This document shows positions 60,766 through 64,000 of a stretch of DNA of 64,000 nt, piece by piece. The DNA lies in the NCBI GenBank assembly GCA_002269645.1, contig NIVC01001542.1, positions 1-64,000 of the forward strand. The letters run 5' to 3'. Below the pieces are notes generated by a model. That model was not told the DNA's origin. It worked only from the letters and a program-made list of their open reading frames with translations, and made no database searches. The first letter of the stretch is position 1. Every line of letters begins with the position of its first letter. Both the position numbers and the translations under genes were made by a program. The stretch comes from Macrostomum lignano. Lineage: Eukaryota.

Positions 60766-61340
60766 AATTCCAGTTGTTTTGCCCCCAAACTGTTTTGGCC
60801 ATGGACATTCCCCCCCCCCCTATACCAATTTGCCCATAGTCCATTTCACCCATAAACCAGTTTGGCTATATGTAGGCATTTTGGCCAAAATAGTGATTAT
60901 TTAATTTAGAGATACAGCCATACGTGCATCTTTCTTTTCTTTTTTCAATGTAATTTTTAGTTTTAAAGTGTAAAAAATGATGATCTGAATTGTTGCTACA
61001 ACAATTGTGTTATTGCAATTTTGTTTATTACAATTGTAAATAATACAAGTTTTTTAAAAGTCATTCCTTTTGAAAGTGTGACAATTAAAGCCAGTTTGAA
61101 TAGCTGAGAATGAGAAAGGGTTTTGGTTACAGCAAGGTAAAGCCAGAAATACAAAAGGAATAAGATTTGTCACCAAAATTGAAAATCAAAGCACAGAGTT
61201 TAAAACTATAAAGTTTAAAAATGGTCCATGGCTGAAATGGTCTATAGACAAAACAGTCTGGGCAAAACAGTCTGTGGGCAAAATGGTATAGGAGCAAAAT
61301 GTCCATGGCCAAAATAGTTTATAGGCAAAACAACTAATTA
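60766..61340. mobile_element. MITE with long imperfect TIRs (MULE-like?)
   Basis: agttgttttgcc...actgttttggccatggacatt mirrored by aatgtccatggccaaaatagt...ggcaaaacaact; flanked by the direct repeat atca[a/g]tgatttga. Confidence 0.6.
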
Positions 61341-62699
61341 TCAGTGATTTGACCAAATCAATAGAAAGTCCTAGGCCTATGTAATAAGACTAAACTAAAC
61401 ATTTAAATATGATGACTTTGACTATAAGAAAAATAGGCCAACATTTTTAATGAAATTAAATTATTAATGTCTTGATATTTGTATTTGTGTTAGCCTCCCC
61501 TATCTTCAAATTATTTTTGCCAATTTAAATATTTATAAGGTTATATTATGTATGGAAGGTCTCTTTTTATTCTTTATTTAACAAAAAATTATAAAACTTT
61601 AATGCATTTTAAATCTAGGCAAATCTAAGATAAACTTTTTGTTTAACTATTTGTATTTCCCAAAATATTTTCCCAATTTAATTTTTGTTTTAAATAGTTA
61701 AAAAATAATATAAATAGACAAACTTTTGATGAAGAAAAGACAACTTGTCTTGACTGGTTCAAGCTTCAAATCAGCTTTCAATCCTTTATGGTTAGTTGAA
61801 AAATCTATTAGGGCTAGGCCTAGTAGTATATAAAAATGAAAACTTTTATTATTTTAATACAGAATAGTTTAATATTGCAAAACTTTAAAACTAAAAATCA
61901 GTTAATATGGAATATAGCATTTTTTGTTTAGAAAAGTGGTTATATATACTCAGCAACATATTAAAGTTTTCACCCCAAAGCCAATGGTCAACTTCTGAAT
62001 TATTCATCAGTTGAATAATGAATAAATAAATAAATAAATTAATTCTTATTATTAATACAATAATATCAGTTTATTTTTCTTCATATCAACTTGATTGCAA
62101 AATTAGGCCATATAAGCCTGCAGATTTAGTGTGAACTGCATCACCCGGGTCTAAGATCTGAGAAAACTTGACCACTAGTTTTGAGGTAAAAACATTAACA
62201 TATAAATTTTAAAATAAAAATGTTTATCTTCAGTTTGTAGGAAACTGTCATAGATTTAAATGACCTCTTTTTTAAAAAAACACTTGTTTGAGTTAAATGA
62301 CCTTTTTAGGGAAAACTTTGATAAGGACTTCACTCAGTAAGGGTCCTATGTATAGGCCCATGACTTGCCAATATGCATGCAAAAGGCAAATTCAAATATG
62401 AAAGAATTTGATACTTTTGTCTTGTAAGTTTCAATGATAAACAATTCTATCTTACTATATTATGTAATGTTTTGTTATATTGCTTAAAAATTAAACTTTC
62501 CATAAAGTGCTAATATTTGATTCTATTCATTTAGACAGAACACAAAGATTTATAAAACACAAAGCAGTTGTTATAATTTATTACTCTCTGGCATTAGTGT
62601 GAGTTTAATTAAATTTAATGTACTCTATGTAATCAATTTCAGCTAGTCAAAATTAGCAGCCCTTAGCAGCTCTCAATCAGCTCACAGAGAAAGCAAATC

Positions 62700-63056
62700 A
62701 TGTCACAGTCTGCTACCAGAAAAAGCAATTCGTCTTTAGTCCTGACAGCATCTGCACCACCTGATGGAGTGTTTCAGGTTGGCATTTTCTTTAACTATTA
62801 TCATATCTGAGGCCTAGTGGGCGTACTAATTGTACTAATTGTACTAATTGTACTTTATTGTACTTCAATTGCCTTCCTCAGAGTGCCAAAGTGTTCGAAG
62901 CCATTCGCGCTGGCCTAGCCGAAGAGGGCAAAGAACTTGTGAACCGAATCAAGGGCGTCTTCGCCTTCAAGGTTACTGGGGGCAGGGATGGCGCTGAAGG
63001 ACTTTGGATTGTTGACTGCAAAACTGGCACCGGCTCTGTGGAGTTTGGCGGGAAAG
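62700..63056 (+). CDS. SCP2: Sterol carrier protein 2 (SCP2 domain), first two exons 62700-62777, 62882-63056; continues beyond window
   Basis: SAKVFEAIRAGLAEEGKELVNRIKGVFAFKVTGGRDGAEGLWIVDCKTGTGSV matches recalled human [53 protein letters not shown]; GT-AG junctions, phase 0 then 1. Confidence 0.88.
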
Positions 63057-63069
63057 GTGAGTGAGTCCA

Positions 63070-64000
63070 TTGGATTCTCCTTTATTGCTGGGCCACCCTC
63101 CCAGATCCTCGGTTGCTGGGCCAGCCTCCAAGATCCTCCTTTATTGCTAGACCAGCCTCCAAGATTCTCCTTTATTGCTAGACCAGCCTCCAAGATTCTC
63201 CTTTATTGCTAGACCAGCCTCCAAGATCCTCCTTTATTGCTAGACCAGCCTCCAAGATTCTCCTTTATTGCTAGACCAGCCTCCAAGATCCTCCTTTATT
63301 GCTAGACCAGCCTCCCAGATCCTCCTTTATTGCTAGACCAGCCTCCAAGATTCTCCTTTATTGCTAGACCAGCCTCCAAGATCCTCCTTTATTGCTAGAC
63401 CAGCCTCCAAGATCCTCCTTTATTGCTAGACCAGCCTCCAAGATTCTCCTTTATTGCTAGACCAGCCTCCAAGATCCTCCTTTATTGCTAGACCAGCCTC
63501 CAAGATCCTCCTTTATTGCTAGACCAGCCTCCAAGATCCTCCTTTATTGCTAGACCAGCCTCCAAGATTCTCCTTTATTGCTAGACCAGCCTCCAAGATC
63601 CTCCTTTATTGCTAGACCAGCCTCCAAGATTCTCCTTTATTGCTAGACCAGCCTCCAAGATCCTCCTTTATTGCTAGACCAGCCTCCAAGATCCTCCTTT
63701 ATTGCTAGACCAGCCTCCAAGATTCTCCTTTATTGCTAGACCAGCCTCCAAGATTCTCCTTTATTGCTAGACCAGCCTCCCAGATCCTCAGTTGCTGGGC
63801 CAGCCTCCCAGATTCCCAGTTGCTTGGGCAGCCTTCCAGATCCTCAGTTGCTTGGGCAGCCTACCAGAGTGTCAGTTGCTGGGCCAACTTCCTAGACCTG
63901 TTGCTGGGCCACCCGCCTCCCAGATCCTCAGTTGCTGAGCCACCAGCCTCTCAAATCCTGTTGCTGGGCCACCAGCCTCTCAGAACCCCTGTTGCTGGGC
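63070..64000. repeat. 31-bp intronic minisatellite (gatcctcctttattgctagaccagcctccaa), degenerating distally
   Basis: Period 31 from ~63132; related but diverged units at both edges. Confidence 0.95.

Overview
Eukaryotic (invertebrate animal) genomic DNA with spliceosomal GT-AG introns, GC-rich exons, AT-rich intergenic DNA, many minisatellites, tRNA-headed SINEs and MITEs. It is not prokaryotic and has no CRISPR array. The overall style suggests a flatworm such as Macrostomum, but that is inference only. Plus-strand genes: a Pro/Gln/Tyr-rich ORF (5.4-6.3 kb), a 4-exon TTC5/STRAP orthologue (9.55-13.8 kb) and a three-gene cluster built from Mediator MED15 parts. That cluster comprises a shuffled [middle-domain/KIX] gene (15.65-16.92 kb), a gene made only of four tandem KIX-like domains (20.17-21.25 kb, one frameshift) and a full-length two-exon MED15 (26.2-28.9 kb). 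The minus strand carries three related ankyrin-repeat loci (30.9-36.6, 41.9-43.1 and 45.3-51.3 kb) with identical exon phasing, one in-frame TAG, apparent gene-conversion tracts and a chimeric truncated copy. Further right are a secreted PAN-like+WSC gene, a two-domain three-finger/Ly6-like GPI-type gene and the first two exons of an SCP2 sterol-carrier gene. The best candidate for an undescribed system is the MED15-derived KIX multiplication and shuffling cluster. All homology calls come from recalled family motifs compared by eye; no database search was run.
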